A stretch of 64,000 nt of DNA from the human T2T-CHM13v2.0 reference genome, Homo sapiens. Every line of letters begins with the position of its first letter. The stretch's first letter is position 1. The DNA lies in assembly GCF_009914755.1 (NCBI RefSeq), contig NC_060932.1, one strand, 5' to 3'. The notes beneath the pieces were generated by a model. It was not told where the DNA came from. It made no database searches and saw only the letters and a list, made by a program, of their open reading frames with translations. Shown here one piece after another: positions 1-17,433 of the stretch. A program made the position numbers and the translations under genes.

Positions 1-1780
1 CAGCAGTAGAGTGAGGTTCCGGGTTAGGATCTGTGGCGTTCAGGAGTACAATGAGGCTAGGGGTTATGGTCAGGACCAAGATCATAGTGAAGATCAGGGT
101 CAGAATGAGGATACAGGTCAGGCTTGGGTGAGGGTAAGTTCAGATATTATTATGGGGATATTATCTTGGATTATCCAGGTGGGCCGAGTCCAATCACATG
201 AGTCCTTAAAGGCAGAGGACCTCTCCCGGCTATAGTTATAAAGCGAGATGTGACTAGGAAAGGAAGGCCACAGAAATGCAGCATTACTGGCTTTGAGGAT
301 GGAGGGAAAGACCATAAGCCAAGGAATGCGGAAGCCTCTAGAAAGTTAAAAGGTGAAGAAATAGATTCTCCTTTAGAGCCTCCAGCAAGGAATTTCAGGC
401 CAGTGAGGTCTGTACCAGACTTACAAAAGCTACAGAACTATAATGTAACATTACAAATTTGCATCCACTTAAGCCACTAGGTTAAGGTGACTTGTTATGT
501 TCTACATAACAAATTATGTTATGTAGAAAACTAATATAGTTAGGATCATGTTGTCTGTTAAGTTTAGGGTCCATGTGAGTGTCAGCAGGGGGTCAGGGTC
601 ATACCAAAGGTCAAGGGCAGGTTTGGGATCAGAATGAGGGTCAGAGACAATGTGATGGTCAGGGTAAGAGTGAATTTGATGGTCAAGGTCAGATTCAGTG
701 TCAGAGTTCAAGTAGAAATGAGGTTCAAGGTCAGAGCAAAGGCAAGAATCAGAAATAGTGTTAGGTGAACATCAGAGTCAAAGGGTGAGGGCCAGGGTCA
801 TGTCAAGGGTTAGAATCTACTTGAGAGTCACAAACAGTGTCAGGGACAAAGTAAGTGTCAGAGACCAGGTCAGGAGAGAACCAGATGTGGGTCAAGGTGA
901 TGATGAGGCTAGGAGCCAATGTCAAGTTCAAGGTGAGTGTCATGGTCAGGGGTAGGGTGAGAGTCACCATCAGGGTGAGATTCAGGTTCCGGGTAATGGT
1001 TAGAGTTAATGATCAATGTCAGAGTGAGCAAAATGTTGGGAGTCAGAGTCAGGGTGAGGGTCAGGGTCAGAGTGGGGGGGGGGGGGTCTGTTATGGGGTC
1101 AAAGTCAAAGTCAAGATCAGGATCAGCATTAGGGTCTGGCTGGGTCATGGTGGTCATCACAAGCAGTGTCAGAGTGAATGTCAGGATCAGACTGTGGGTG
1201 AGTGTGAGATCCATAGGTAGGGTCATAGTCAGTGTGATGTCAGGGTCAAAGTGAAGGTCACCTTAAAATAAGGATGTCAAAGTGAAGGTCACCTTAAAAT
1301 AAGGATGTCAGAGGGAAGATCAGCATCAGAGTCAGTTCCAGGGTCAAGGCTAGGTTCAAGGTAAGAAAGAAAAGATAGTCAAGCTCTGGGTTGAGTGTGA
1401 GAGTCAAGGTCATGGTCAGGTTTAGGCTCACAGCAGGGGTGAGGTTTAGGATCAGGGACAGAGTCAGGATCAGGCTGAAGGTGAGGGTCAGATAATTTTC
1501 AGGATGGGTGTCAGGATCAAAAATAGAGTGAGAGTCAGGTGAGGGCCAGTGTGATGGTCAGGGTCAAGGTCAGGTTCTCAGTAAGAGTAAATTAAGGATG
1601 TAGGTTAAGGCTGGAGCAAAGCCCAGGTCTATGCAGCAGGAGGGTTATAGTCTTTCAGTGTCAACTTCATGGTCAGGCTGGGTGTCAGGGTCAGGCGACT
1701 GTCAGGGTCTTGGTGGCTCCATATCAGTCATGGTGAAGGGTCAGTTAAGTTCAGGGTCAGTTAAGTTCAAGATCAGGTGC
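1..1780 (+). repeat. Degenerate hexamer tandem array (GGGTCA/GGGTTA/GGGTGA/AGGTCA; telomere-variant-like), interrupted by an MLT1 LTR
   Basis: Dense GGTCA/GGGTCA/GGTTAG words with 6-nt periodicity; ORF track translates as VRVRVR, TLTLTL and DPDPDP; strong G/T strand bias. Confidence 0.85.
141..535 (+). mobile_element. MaLR LTR fragment (MLT1-type)
   Basis: Typical MLT1 motifs: gattatccaggtgggcc..aatcacatgagtcctt, gattctcctttagagcctcca, taagccacta..gttat. Confidence 0.75.
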
Positions 1781-2169
1781 AAGCTACTGTGGAAAATTGA
1801 GAAAGTTCATAGCTGTGACTTTCACTAACATTTGTTAACTACATTTTTTCCCCTAGAGAGTGCAAATTGACCTATTTATTCCAGGCAGAGAAAAAAAGGC
1901 AGAAAAGCCCAGGTGCTATGAGAAAGCAATTAAGAAGGGCATAGACCCCCCCCCCCCGCCAACTAGGTCAGCGTTAAATCACAGCCCACCTGAGCCTAAG
2001 CACCCCCCCAAAGAGAAAGGCGTCTAAACCACAAAATGCAGACAAGTTCCCTGCCTACTGATGATTAATAACTTGAGCACAGCCTCAAGAAACTAAAAAA
2101 GCAATGGATGTTGGAGCCAGACTTGGTCAAAGCAGGGGCCACACCAGAAGCTGTGGAGTCGGCTTGGCT

Positions 2170-2320
2170 GCGTTTGAACAGGGCTGTGCCACTTACTGGC
2201 CCTAGGCCCTCTGCTAACCATACTACTACCGTCCTTGGGCCTCAGTTTCCCCATATGTAAACAGGAACATCCTATCCCCCAGGGAGCTGTTGTGAGAATA
2301 AATGAGATGAGGCCAAATAA
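2170..2320 (+). mobile_element. MIR fragment
   Basis: MIR core: ctgtgccacttact..ggcctcagtttccccatatgtaaa..ttgtgagaataaatgagat. Confidence 0.7.
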
Positions 2321-2664
2321 ACAAATAAACTGCAGCTTTTGCTATTCTTATTTCTTACTATGGTAGATTATTTTAACAGAGGCTCAGGAGTTAGGTACGA
2401 TAAATGAACACTTCCCCAGGGGACAAAGTAGATGCAGGCCCCTGAGAGCCTGGGTCAGAAGTCCAGAAGGCCAGCATCCTCTTGGTCCACACTCTGATAA
2501 CTAGCCACCACCCCTCCTCCCACCCACACTGCGGTTCACCAGTGCACTAGGCAGAGGCTGCCATGCAAGTCTCAGCCTTCTCTCAATGCCATGCAGGTGC
2601 ACTCTCCTTGGTCCATGGTGCTTCCAGCCCCTGCCACGTGCCAGCCTGCACAAACTCAACTTTC

Positions 2665-2970
2665 TTTTTTGTTTGTTTGTTTGTTTTTGAGACAGGGTCT
2701 CTTTCTGTCACCCAGGCTGGAGTGCAGTGGCGTGATCTCGGCTTATAGCAAGCTCCACCTCCCGGGTTCAAGGAAGTCTCCCACCTCAGCCTCCTGAGTA
2801 GCTGGCACTACAGTCATGCGCCACCACACCCAGCTAATTTTTGCATTTTTTGGTAGAGACAGGGTTTCACCATGTTGGCCAGGCTAGTCTTGAACTCCTG
2901 ACCTCAAGTGATCTGCCCACCTGGCCCTCCCAGAGTGCTGAGATTACAGGTGTGCACCCTGTAGCCAGGC
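2665..2970 (-). mobile_element. AluS
   Basis: Antisense dimeric Alu with T-rich tail; flanks ctcaactttc/ctcaagtttc resemble a TSD. Confidence 0.9.
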
Positions 2971-3071
2971 CTCAAGTTTCTTTAGAAAGGACAGGTGGTC
3001 ACCTTACCTCCAGGTCCTTCTCTACCCTGGGGGAGAAAGGGGATTGTAATATCCCTCAGCCCATCTCTATG

Positions 3072-3662
3072 TGTAACTGGGCAGCTTAACTTCAAAATGC
3101 ATTTTAAAACTTCTTTCCCTTTCTCTTGGGTTTCAAGATATAACCTTGAAGCAACTGTAGAAACCTTTTCCTTAGCCTTAAAATAGCTTCCACATCCCCC
3201 CCTTTCTCACCATAAACTCCTTTCACATTTCTCTAATTGTATGCTAATATCTAATTATGTGTCTTTTTAAAAGTTCCAGGGGCTAATCTTGAGACAGACA
3301 AGCAGACCTAGCCTGGAGACCCAGCTGCAAAATTCCAGAAATTACTTCAAGTCAGCTAGTCAACCACCTGGGCCAGTGTTGAGATGATCCTGGCCCATGC
3401 TCCAGGTGGACTGCGACCCAACATAGCCACAGAAACAAGACACACAGACCTTGTACTCAGTACAACTCCCGCATGCCTCCCATATCATGTCCCCCTTTTT
3501 TAAACCATTGCCTTCTCCCCAGAAACTCAAATTGGTTGCTTCAGATGGGAATATGGCCACTTCCCCATTACGTTTTGGTTAATAAAATCTCTTTCTACCA
3601 GACCTCTTTCTTGTTAATTGGACTCTGCAAGTGGCAAGCAACTGAATCTGTCTCTGGTTACA
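3072..3662 (+). mobile_element. ERV1-class solo LTR (family not determined)
   Basis: Inverted termini TGTAAC...GTTACA, near-match 4-bp TSD tatg/tata, AATAAA at ~3581, 591 bp. Confidence 0.75.
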
Positions 3663-3734
3663 TATATCCTCTACGTCCTTCTCCAGTGAACCAGGTCAGA
3701 TCACAAGTTTTGACGCTCTCAATTTTTCTTCTTA

Positions 3735-7295
<3,561 letters not shown>

Positions 7296-8788
7296 AGTTT
7301 TTCTTTTTTAAAGGAATTTTGTTATGTATATTTAAGGTATACAACATGATGTTATGGGACACATATAGATAATAAAAATGTTACTATAATGAAGCAAATT
7401 AACACATCCATCATATCACAGTTACCCATTTGTGTGTGTGTTTTTAACAAGAGCAGCTAAAATCTCACTTAGCATGAATACCAAATACAATACAACTTTA
7501 TTACCTGTAGTCCTCATGTTGTACATTAGATTTTTAGACTTGTTCATCCTACATATCTGCTACTTTGTGTCTTCTCACATCTCCCCATTTCCTCCCTGCC
7601 TCCTCCTGGTAAGCACTGTTTTGTTCTCTAGCTCTGTATATTTGTTTTTTTCTTTTTAAAAAAAAAGATTTTATATAAGATCATGCAATATTTTTTTCCT
7701 ATGTCTGGCTTATTTCACTTAGCATAATGTCCTCCAGGCTCATGCATGTTGTGGCATATGGCAAGGTCTCATTCTTTTTTAAAGCTGAATAATATTTTAG
7801 CTTTAAATATACTGCAGTTTCTTTATCCATTCATCCACTGACAGACACTTAAGTTGTTTCCATATCTTGGCTATTGTGAATAATGGTGCAATGAACATGA
7901 GAGTGAAGATGTTTTTACAAGGGTATATTTCCCTTGGGTAGATGTCCAGGAGAGGGATTGCTGGGTCATATTGTAGTTCTATTTTTAATTTACTTAGAAA
8001 CCTCCATACTGTTTCCATAATGGCAGTATCAATCTACATGCTTACAACAGTGTACAAGAGTTCCCTTTTCTCCACACCCTCACCAACACTTGTTATCTTT
8101 TGATTTTCTTATAATAGCCATCCTAATGGGTATGAGGTGGTATCTCACTGTGGTTTTTATTTGCATTTCTCTGATTATTAATGATGTTGAGCACCTGTTT
8201 ATATACCCATTGGCCACTTTTATGTCTTCTTCAGAGAAATGTCTATTCAGGTCTTTTGTCCATTTTTAATTGGGTTATTTGCTTTTCTACTATTGAGTTG
8301 TATGAGTTGCCTGAATATAACCCCTCATTAAATGCGTGGTTTGCAAATACTTTTTCCCAATCCACTGACACTTTGTTGATTGTGTTCTTTGTTGTACAGA
8401 AGCTTTTCATTTGATGTAGTCCCATTTATTTATTTCAGCTTTTGTGGGCTGAGCTTTTGTGTGATATCCAAAAAAATCATTGTCAAGGCCAATCTCCAGC
8501 AGCTTTCAACATGTAACCTTTTAGGGGTTTTATAGCTTCTGATCTTACATTTAGGTCTTTATTCATTTGAGTTTAATTTTGTGTCTGATGTAAGATGTGT
8601 CCAATTTCAGTCTTTCAGATGTGGAAATCCATTTTTCCATGAACCATTTATTGAAGAGACTATCCTTTCTCCATTGTGTCCTCTTGGTGCTCGTCAAAAA
8701 TTAGTTGAACACATAATTGGATTTATTTCTGGGCTCTCAATTCTGTTCCACTGATCTATATGTCTGTTTTAATGCAGACATATAGTAA

Positions 8789-9117
<329 letters not shown>

Positions 9118-9286
9118 TGCAGTTTTTATTACTATAGCTTTGTAATATAATTCTAAATCAGGAAATATGATGCCTCCAATTTTGTTTTTCTTTCTCAGAA
9201 TTGTTTTGGCTATTTGAGGTCTTTTATGTTTACATATGAATTCAAAGTTTTTTTTTTTTTTCTGTAAAGAATGCCATTGGGATTTT

Positions 9287-9431
9287 TTTTTATTATTATA
9301 CTTTAAGTTTTAGGGTACATGTGCACAACATGCAGGTTAGCTACATATGTATACATGTGCCATGTTGGTGTGCTGCACCCATTAACTCCTCATTTAACAT
9401 TAGGTATATCTCCTAATGCTATCCCTCCCCC
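9287..9431 (-). mobile_element. Very short 5'-truncated L1PA 3' end
   Basis: ttattatactttaagttttagggtacatgtgcaca...ctaatgctatccctcccc; 9-bp TSD tgggatttt at 9278-9286 and 9432-9440. Confidence 0.9.
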
Positions 9432-9774
9432 TGGGATTTTGATAGGCATCGCATTGAATGCATATATTGCTTTTGGTAGAATGGTAGTAATATTGTTAAA
9501 ATTAACCATATTAATCCTTCTTTGTGTTTTATCTGTGTTGGGGATCCTTTGAGCTTCATGGATGTTGATGCTCATATCTCTCCCAAGGCTTGAGAAGTTT
9601 TCAGGAATTATTTCATTAAATAACCTTTCTGTTCCTTTCTCAGTCTTGTCTCTTTCTTTAAAATCCACAATGCTTTCTTTAAAATCCTAACAGTGTCCCA
9701 CAAGCCCCATAGGCTGTCTACACTTTTTTTCATTTTTTTCCCTTTTTCTGAGTCATTTCAAAAAACCTGTCCTC

Positions 9775-10199
<425 letters not shown>

Positions 10200-10294
10200 C
10201 TACCTATCTCTTTGCTGAATTTATCATTTAAATCATAAATAGTTTTTCTAATTTCATTGACTTGTCTATTTGTATTCCCTTGCATCTCTTGGAG

Positions 10295-10326
<32 letters not shown>

Positions 10327-12702
10327 AGAGACAGAATCTCACTATGTTGCCCAGGCATGTCTCAAACTCCTGGCCTCAAGTGATCCTCCTACCTCAGCCT
10401 TCCAAAGTGCTGGGATTACAGGTGTTAAGTCACCACACCCAGCCTAAAGTTTCCTTAAGATCATTAATTTGAATTCCTTTTCAGGCAATTTGTAAATTTC
10501 TGTTCTTTGGGGTCAGTTACTAAAGAACTATTGTGTTCTTTTGGTGGTGTCCTGTTTCTTTGCTTTTTCATGTTCTTGTGTCCCTGTGTTAATGTGTGTG
10601 CGTCTGGTGGTGCAGTTACTTCTTCTAAACCTTTCAGATTGGCTTTTGTAGGGGAAGACTTTCTCCTATATATGGGCCAGAGGGTGTTGGTTAAGCAGGG
10701 TGCAGTGGCTCTGTTTCTGTGTCGGTGCATTGGTGTAGTCTGCATGCAGTTTCTTCAGTTGTGACGAATGTCAGCAATGACTGCAGTGCCTGGGTGGTCT
10801 AGGTTGCAGAAGTTTGTGGAAGTGACAATGGCTGTGTAGGTTATTAGGGCAAGGGCCTTAGGGATCCATCTATTCCTGTCTTACCCACAGTGGAGAGTCT
10901 TCACTAAAGGGATCTCTCTTGGTGTAGAGTCTGACACAACCCACTGGCAGCCACAGTGGCACTGGGATTCAGGGCATAGGTGCATAGGTGTTCAGAGCAG
11001 CTGCGAAGCTGGGTTCCTGGGCTCAGGATTTGAGGTACTGGTTCAATTTCCAAGGCACAAGTAGAGGCAGTTCTCTTGCTAAGATAGGGTCTTTTGCTGA
11101 GGCACACTCCAGCAGTTTGGGCCGAGGGGGCTGGGATGTAGCTATAGTTCTGACCCTGAGGGCAGGGTGAAGCCCTGACACAGCTATGGAGTAAAGAGGT
11201 GCTCTGGAGGCTTAGGTCCTGGGGAGCAGGACACAGCTACAATTTGGAACACAGAACCAAGAGGCTACAAAAAGAGCTTAGGTTCTGGGAGATGAGGTAC
11301 CAAACAGTGGTCACTCTGGACCCTGGGATGGTGGGACATGGCAGTAGCCAAGGCTCTATGAGTCTAGGGGCAGCAACAGCAAGGACTTGGACATGGCAAG
11401 ATGCCCCTGTGCTTGGGAACTGGGGGGAATAGAGCAGCACAGCAATGACTCCACTCTCCAAAGAGGTAGAGCACCTCAGCAGCTCAGACTTTGAGGGACT
11501 AGTCCAGTTCCAGGTAGGGGGGGCACTGTGGATGTTTAGCCTGGAGGTTGACATGACCCAGCTCAGGCAAAACTCTGATTCCCTGGGGTGTAAGGTGCAG
11601 CTAAAACCCAGAAAGCATGGCTACATGGGTCAGTGGAGGCTCAGTTCCCTAGGGCATGGTTCTATATCAGCTGTGGCACCGGTGGGTGCAACTGCTCCAA
11701 TGTGCCAGAGGCTCAGAGCCCCGGGGCAAAGTGCTGCCTCACCTTTGGCTCTGGAGTGCCAAAGACATAAGGTCCCTGGGGAGCAGGGCATGCCTCATCA
11801 TGGTACCAGGATTGTGTCTGCTATGGTTTGTAGGATGCTTGAGGTCCCTGGGAGGTGGGGAGTCACTTCAGCTCAACCATAAGGGGAGGGTGCACCAGTG
11901 TCTCACATGGGGGTGATGGAGCTTGGCCCTAGGGGATAGAGCTTGGAACAGCCTGTTTTGGGGATGACGTGCTACTGGGTAAGATGGTTTTAGTGTTGGC
12001 AAAGCCACAGGGATGAAGGGGTACATAGCTGCACACTCCCAGAGCACAACACACTCTAGCAGTGGCTCTGGTTCCAAGATGGTGCAGTGCAGCAGCAGCA
12101 CAGACCATGGGGGAGGGCACAGTATCAGCTCTTTCTCTTAGATAGCTCAGCATATGAACTCTGGGGAGCTCCCTCAGTTGGGCTCAGAGCTTGTGAGGAC
12201 TGTGGGAGCCTCTGGTAATGAAGATTGCATGTGTCCACGGTGGTGATGGGGTTTGCCGGGGTCCTCCTGCTCACCTTTTCCCTGCAGGAAGAAGGCTCTC
12301 CTGGTTCCAAGCTGATCCTGAGTGGATAGGGTGGCAGAGATGAGGTGTATCCTTTCCTTCCCTGTGCATCCATCCTGGGTTTCCATACTCTACAGAGTTT
12401 CTGCTGTTTCTTTATTGTTCTCCAGAGCTCTCCTTTAGTTATTTTGATTGAAATATAGTTGTTTCTTCACTATATTTTGATTTTTTGTTGGAGTTGGGGA
12501 TGAACCTAGGAGCTTCCAGTCAGTCAACCATCTTGTGACATCCAAGAATTACTTTCTATTTTTCTTTTTGTATGGTATCTTTGCCTGGCATTGGTATCAG
12601 GGTAATACGGGCCTCACAGAATGAATTGGGAAGTGTTCCTTCATATTTTATTTTTTAAAAGAGATTGAGAATAACTGGTGTTAATTCTTCCTTTTTACTT
12701 TC

Positions 12703-13300
<598 letters not shown>

Positions 13301-13539
13301 TAATTCTTCTTAAATGTTTGGTAGACTTTACCAGTGAAGCCACCTGGTCCTGAATTTTTCTTCGTTGAGACTTCTTGTTAATAGGGTCTCTAAAGTGCAT
13401 TTGTAAATTCCCAGTAATTTAAGCCTAATTTTGTGTCACTAAAGCAAATGATAATGTGCTGTAAAGTTGTGGTGAGTGATTTTCATTTAAAAGTTCATTT
13501 TAGAAATTTAAAAAAAAATTTATTGTACCACTTTGCCTC

Positions 13540-15165
13540 AATAAAGCAAGTTTGGTACACCCCAGATACGTGTTAGCCAGTAATAACTCCAGGCAAAACA
13601 ATAAAAACTCTTAAACTCCCAACCAAAACAAAGGCAACCCATTTTAAAAATGGGCAACTGATTTGAATAGATATTTCTCCAAAGAAGATAGAGAAATGGC
13701 CAAAAAGCACATGAAAAGATGCTTAACATCATTAATCATTATGGAAATACAAGTCAAAGTCAGTAAGATACCATTTCACAGCCACTAGCATGGTTAAAAT
13801 ATTTTTTAAAGGGGAAAATTATAAGTATTGGCAAGGATGCCCTCTAACATGGCTGTAGGGAATATAAAATGGTGCAGCTTCTGTGGAAAAGAGTTTTGTG
13901 GTTCTTCAGAAAGTTAAACCTAAAACTGTAAATATAATCTAGTCATTCCCCTCCTGCATATATACCCCCAAGTGAAAACAGGTGTTCAAACAAAACTTGT
14001 CCACAAATGTTCAGCGTAGCATTATTCATAATAGGCAAAACGTGGAAACAACACAAAGGTTCATCAATTGATTAATGGATAAACAAAATAGTAATCCACC
14101 CAATGGAATATTATGCAGCCATTAAAAAGGAATGTAAATTAATATAGCCATTAAGGAAAAACAGTATGGACATTGCTAAGAAAACTGAAAAATAAAACTA
14201 CTATGTGATCCTGCAATCTCACTGCTGAGTATATACCCAAAGGAACTGAAATCTGTGTGTCAAAGAGACATCTGCACTGCCATGTTCATTGCAGCATTAC
14301 TCATAATAGCCAAGATATGGAATCAACCTGTGTCCATCAACACGTGAATGGATAAGGAAAATGTGGCATATATACACAATGGAATACTATTCAGTTTTAA
14401 AAAAAGGAAATCCTGTCATTTGCCACATGTATGAAGCTGGTGGACATTATGTTAAGTGAAATAAGCCAGACACAGAAATACAGATACTGCTGATCTCACA
14501 TGTGGAATCTAAAAAAGTCAAACTCATAGAAGCAGAGAGTAGAATGATGGTTATCAGGGGTTGGGGTGAGAGATGGGTAGGATAGGCCACATTTCAGTTA
14601 GATGGAGAAATAAGTTCAAGAGATCTATCTATTGTACAAGATGGTGACAGTAGTTAATAACAATGTATTGGGTGGGCACACTGACTCATGCCTGTAATTC
14701 CAACACTTTAGGAGGCTGAGGCAGCAGGATCGCTTGAAGCCAGGAGTTTGAGACCAGCCTGGGCAGCATGGTGAAACCCTGTCTCTACAAAATTAAAAAA
14801 AAAAAAAAAAAAGTCAAGTGTGTTGGCATGCGCCTGTGGTTCCAGCTACTTGGAAGACTAAGGCAGAGGATCTCTTGAGCCCAGGAGGCTGAGGATGCAG
14901 TGAGCCGTGACTGCATCATCGCACTCCAGCCTGGGCAACAGAGTGAGACCCTGTCTCAAACAAACAAACAAAATGTATCATATACTTGGAAATTGCTAAG
15001 AGTAGATTTTAAGTGTTTTCAACCACAAAAAACCTAAGTATGTGAGGTAATGCATGTTTTAATTGGCTTGATTTAGCCATTCCACAATGTATACATATTT
15101 CAAAACATGTTGTACAACATAAATATATACAATTTTTGTCAATTAAAAGATAAGTTTAAAAAGAG
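13540..15165 (+). mobile_element. Old L1M ORF2 end/3'UTR fragments, with AluJ at ~14670-14972
   Basis: L1 3' motifs (aaaagatgcttaacatcattaatcat, gatcctgcaatctcactgctgagtatataccc, atttagccattccacaatgtatac). Confidence 0.8.
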
Positions 15166-15167
15166 AA

Positions 15168-15770
15168 AGTGGGACTTTTGGCAGTGAGTAGGTAATGAGG
15201 GTAAATCCCTCATGAATAGGGTGAATGCCTTTAAAGAGACCCCAAAGGGATAACTAGCCCCTTCCACCATGTGAGTGAGAACACACTAGAAGTGCCATCT
15301 ATGAGGAATGGGCCCTTACCAGACACTGTATCTGCCAGAGCCTTGATCTTGGACTTCTTAGCCTCCAGAACTTTGAGAAATAAATTTCTATTCTTTTTTT
15401 TCTTTTCTTGAGACGGAGTCTCGCACTGTCGCCTGGGCTGGTGTGCAGTTGTGCAATCTCGGCTCACTGCAACCTCCGCCTCCCGGGTTCAAGCGATTCT
15501 CTTGACTCAGCCTCCCAAGTAACTAGGATTACAGGGGCCCCACTACCACGCCTGGCTAATGTTTTTGTATTTTTAGTGGGGACAGGGTTTCACTATGTTG
15601 GCCAGGCTGGTCTTGAACTCCTGACCTCGTGATCTGCCCACCTTGGCCTCCCAAAGTGCTGGGATTACAGGTGTGAGCGACTGTGCTTGGCCTAAATTTC
15701 TATTCTTTTTAAGCTATGCAGTTATGGGTTGTTAGTTGATGGGTTGTTATAGTAACCCAAATTGACTAAG
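15168..15770 (+). mobile_element. MST/MLT1A-type LTR fragment interrupted by an antisense AluS (15393-15693)
   Basis: MaLR motifs ccttgatcttggacttc..gcctccagaact; Alu TSD taaatttctattctttt. Confidence 0.75.
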
Positions 15771-16420
15771 AAAACCAACTAAGGCCTAAGGCCTAACATA
15801 GGCCTGGCACATAGTAAACTTCAGTATTTGTTTGTTGAATGAATGAATGCACATTCCTTGAATAATCTGCATTTGACTCTATTTTCCACTCCTACTTTTT
15901 ATATATATATATATAAACCATTTGTATACTTTTGAGAACCTAGATCCATGGTTCTCAAAGTGTGATCAGGAAAAAGAGATAAAGTGAGATTCACCAAAGT
16001 TGAAAACCTCTGTGCTTTGGGCTTTACCACTTATTGGGTTTGTGGCTTTTTGCAAGTTATATAACATGTCTGTGGTGCAATTATCTCATATGTAATCATA
16101 ATTGTACTTCACACAATTGTCATAGAGATTTTCTGAGATAAATGATAATAATAATTGCTAACACTTCCTGGGCACTTACTATGTATCTGCTGTGTTCTAA
16201 CCCATCAGGTGAGGCACTATTTTCATTTCATATAAAGGGATTAACATTGCCTGCACATATAAATGTCATATTATTATTATTAACATTATTGTAGTCAATG
16301 ATTAAAGAAAAGGCTGACAAGGCCTTTTCTTCCCACCCTGAGTGCACGGATCTCCTAGTCGGATGTTTTGTGGGAGACCACTGTGCAACAGCCTGTTACT
16401 CCGTGCAATTGCATCCAGTC

Positions 16421-16580
16421 CAGTGCTTCTCACAGGTGAGCATGCATCAGAGTCAGTTGAAGGGCTTGTCAAAACAGATTGCCAGGCCTTGTCCACCAGG
16501 TTTCTGATTCAATTGGTCTAGTATGGAGTCCAAGAATTTGCATTTCTGACAATTTCTCAGATGCTGCTGATGCTACCAGC
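16421..16580. mobile_element. MER5A DNA transposon fragment
   Basis: cagtgcttctca..gcatcagagtca..ttctgattca..aagaatttgcatttct..gctgatgct. Confidence 0.75.
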
Positions 16581-17169
16581 CCCTCACCAAACATTTTTAA
16601 AATAATTATTTTATTGAAATATAATTCAAATACCATAAAATCACCCTTTAAAGTGTACCATTCAGTGATTTGTTACAATATTCACAGTTGTACAACCATC
16701 ATCACTCTAGAACAAAGTACACATTTTTCTTAATTTTTCAATCTGTTTTAAAAATAGGTATACAAAACAACATAAAAAAGTAGAGATGGAGAAGTCCTCC
16801 TCCCCTCATCCCAATCACTTGGTTCCTCCCCTCCACCAGGTAACCCCTTTTATTTCCTATACATCTATTTCGATGTAGCATTTCTTCAAGCAGATATAAG
16901 CAATATATGGTCTTTTCCTGTTTTCTTGCACTAGAGAGGCAGCACACTATGAATCATATTCTGTCAATTGTTTTTTTCATTTAGTAAAGCTGGAGATCAT
17001 TATGAAGGTATTACCATGGCACATTTAACAGTCTCCTTACTCTCCAAGTAAACAAATATATCAATTTTTTCTAGTCTTTTGCTATTGCAAACTATGCTGC
17101 AAAAAATACCCTTACATACATATCATTTCACATGTGTTATCATTTCATATGTGTATCCTCTAAAATTCA

Positions 17170-17433
17170 GGTGTTGCCAAATAGGCCATGAAGGCTCCTC
17201 CATCACTAATAGGATTAAGGCCCTTATAAGAGGCTTCACGCAGCATTCAGCTAGCTTGCTTTCTTGCCCTTCTGCCTTCTGCCATGTGAAGATGCAGCAG
17301 GAAGGCCCACACCAGACACCAAATGCCAGCTCCTTGATCTCAGATTTCTCAGAGTGAGAAAGTAAGTATCTGTTCTTTGTAAACTACCCAGTCTCAGATA
17401 TTCTGTTATAGCAGCACAAAACAGACTAAGACA
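17170..17433 (+). mobile_element. MST (MaLR) LTR fragment
   Basis: ccttctgccatgtgaagatgcagc..aactacccagtctcag..ttctgttatagcagcacaaaacagactaagaca. Confidence 0.75.

Noticed and set aside
514-1254. VR-, TL- and DP-dipeptide-rich ORFs
   Set aside because: Direct result of the hexamer periodicity; no promoter or splice evidence
10904-12386. Cluster of 60-145 aa ORFs in a GC-richer block suggesting exons
   Set aside because: Lies in the 5'UTR of the old L1MA element
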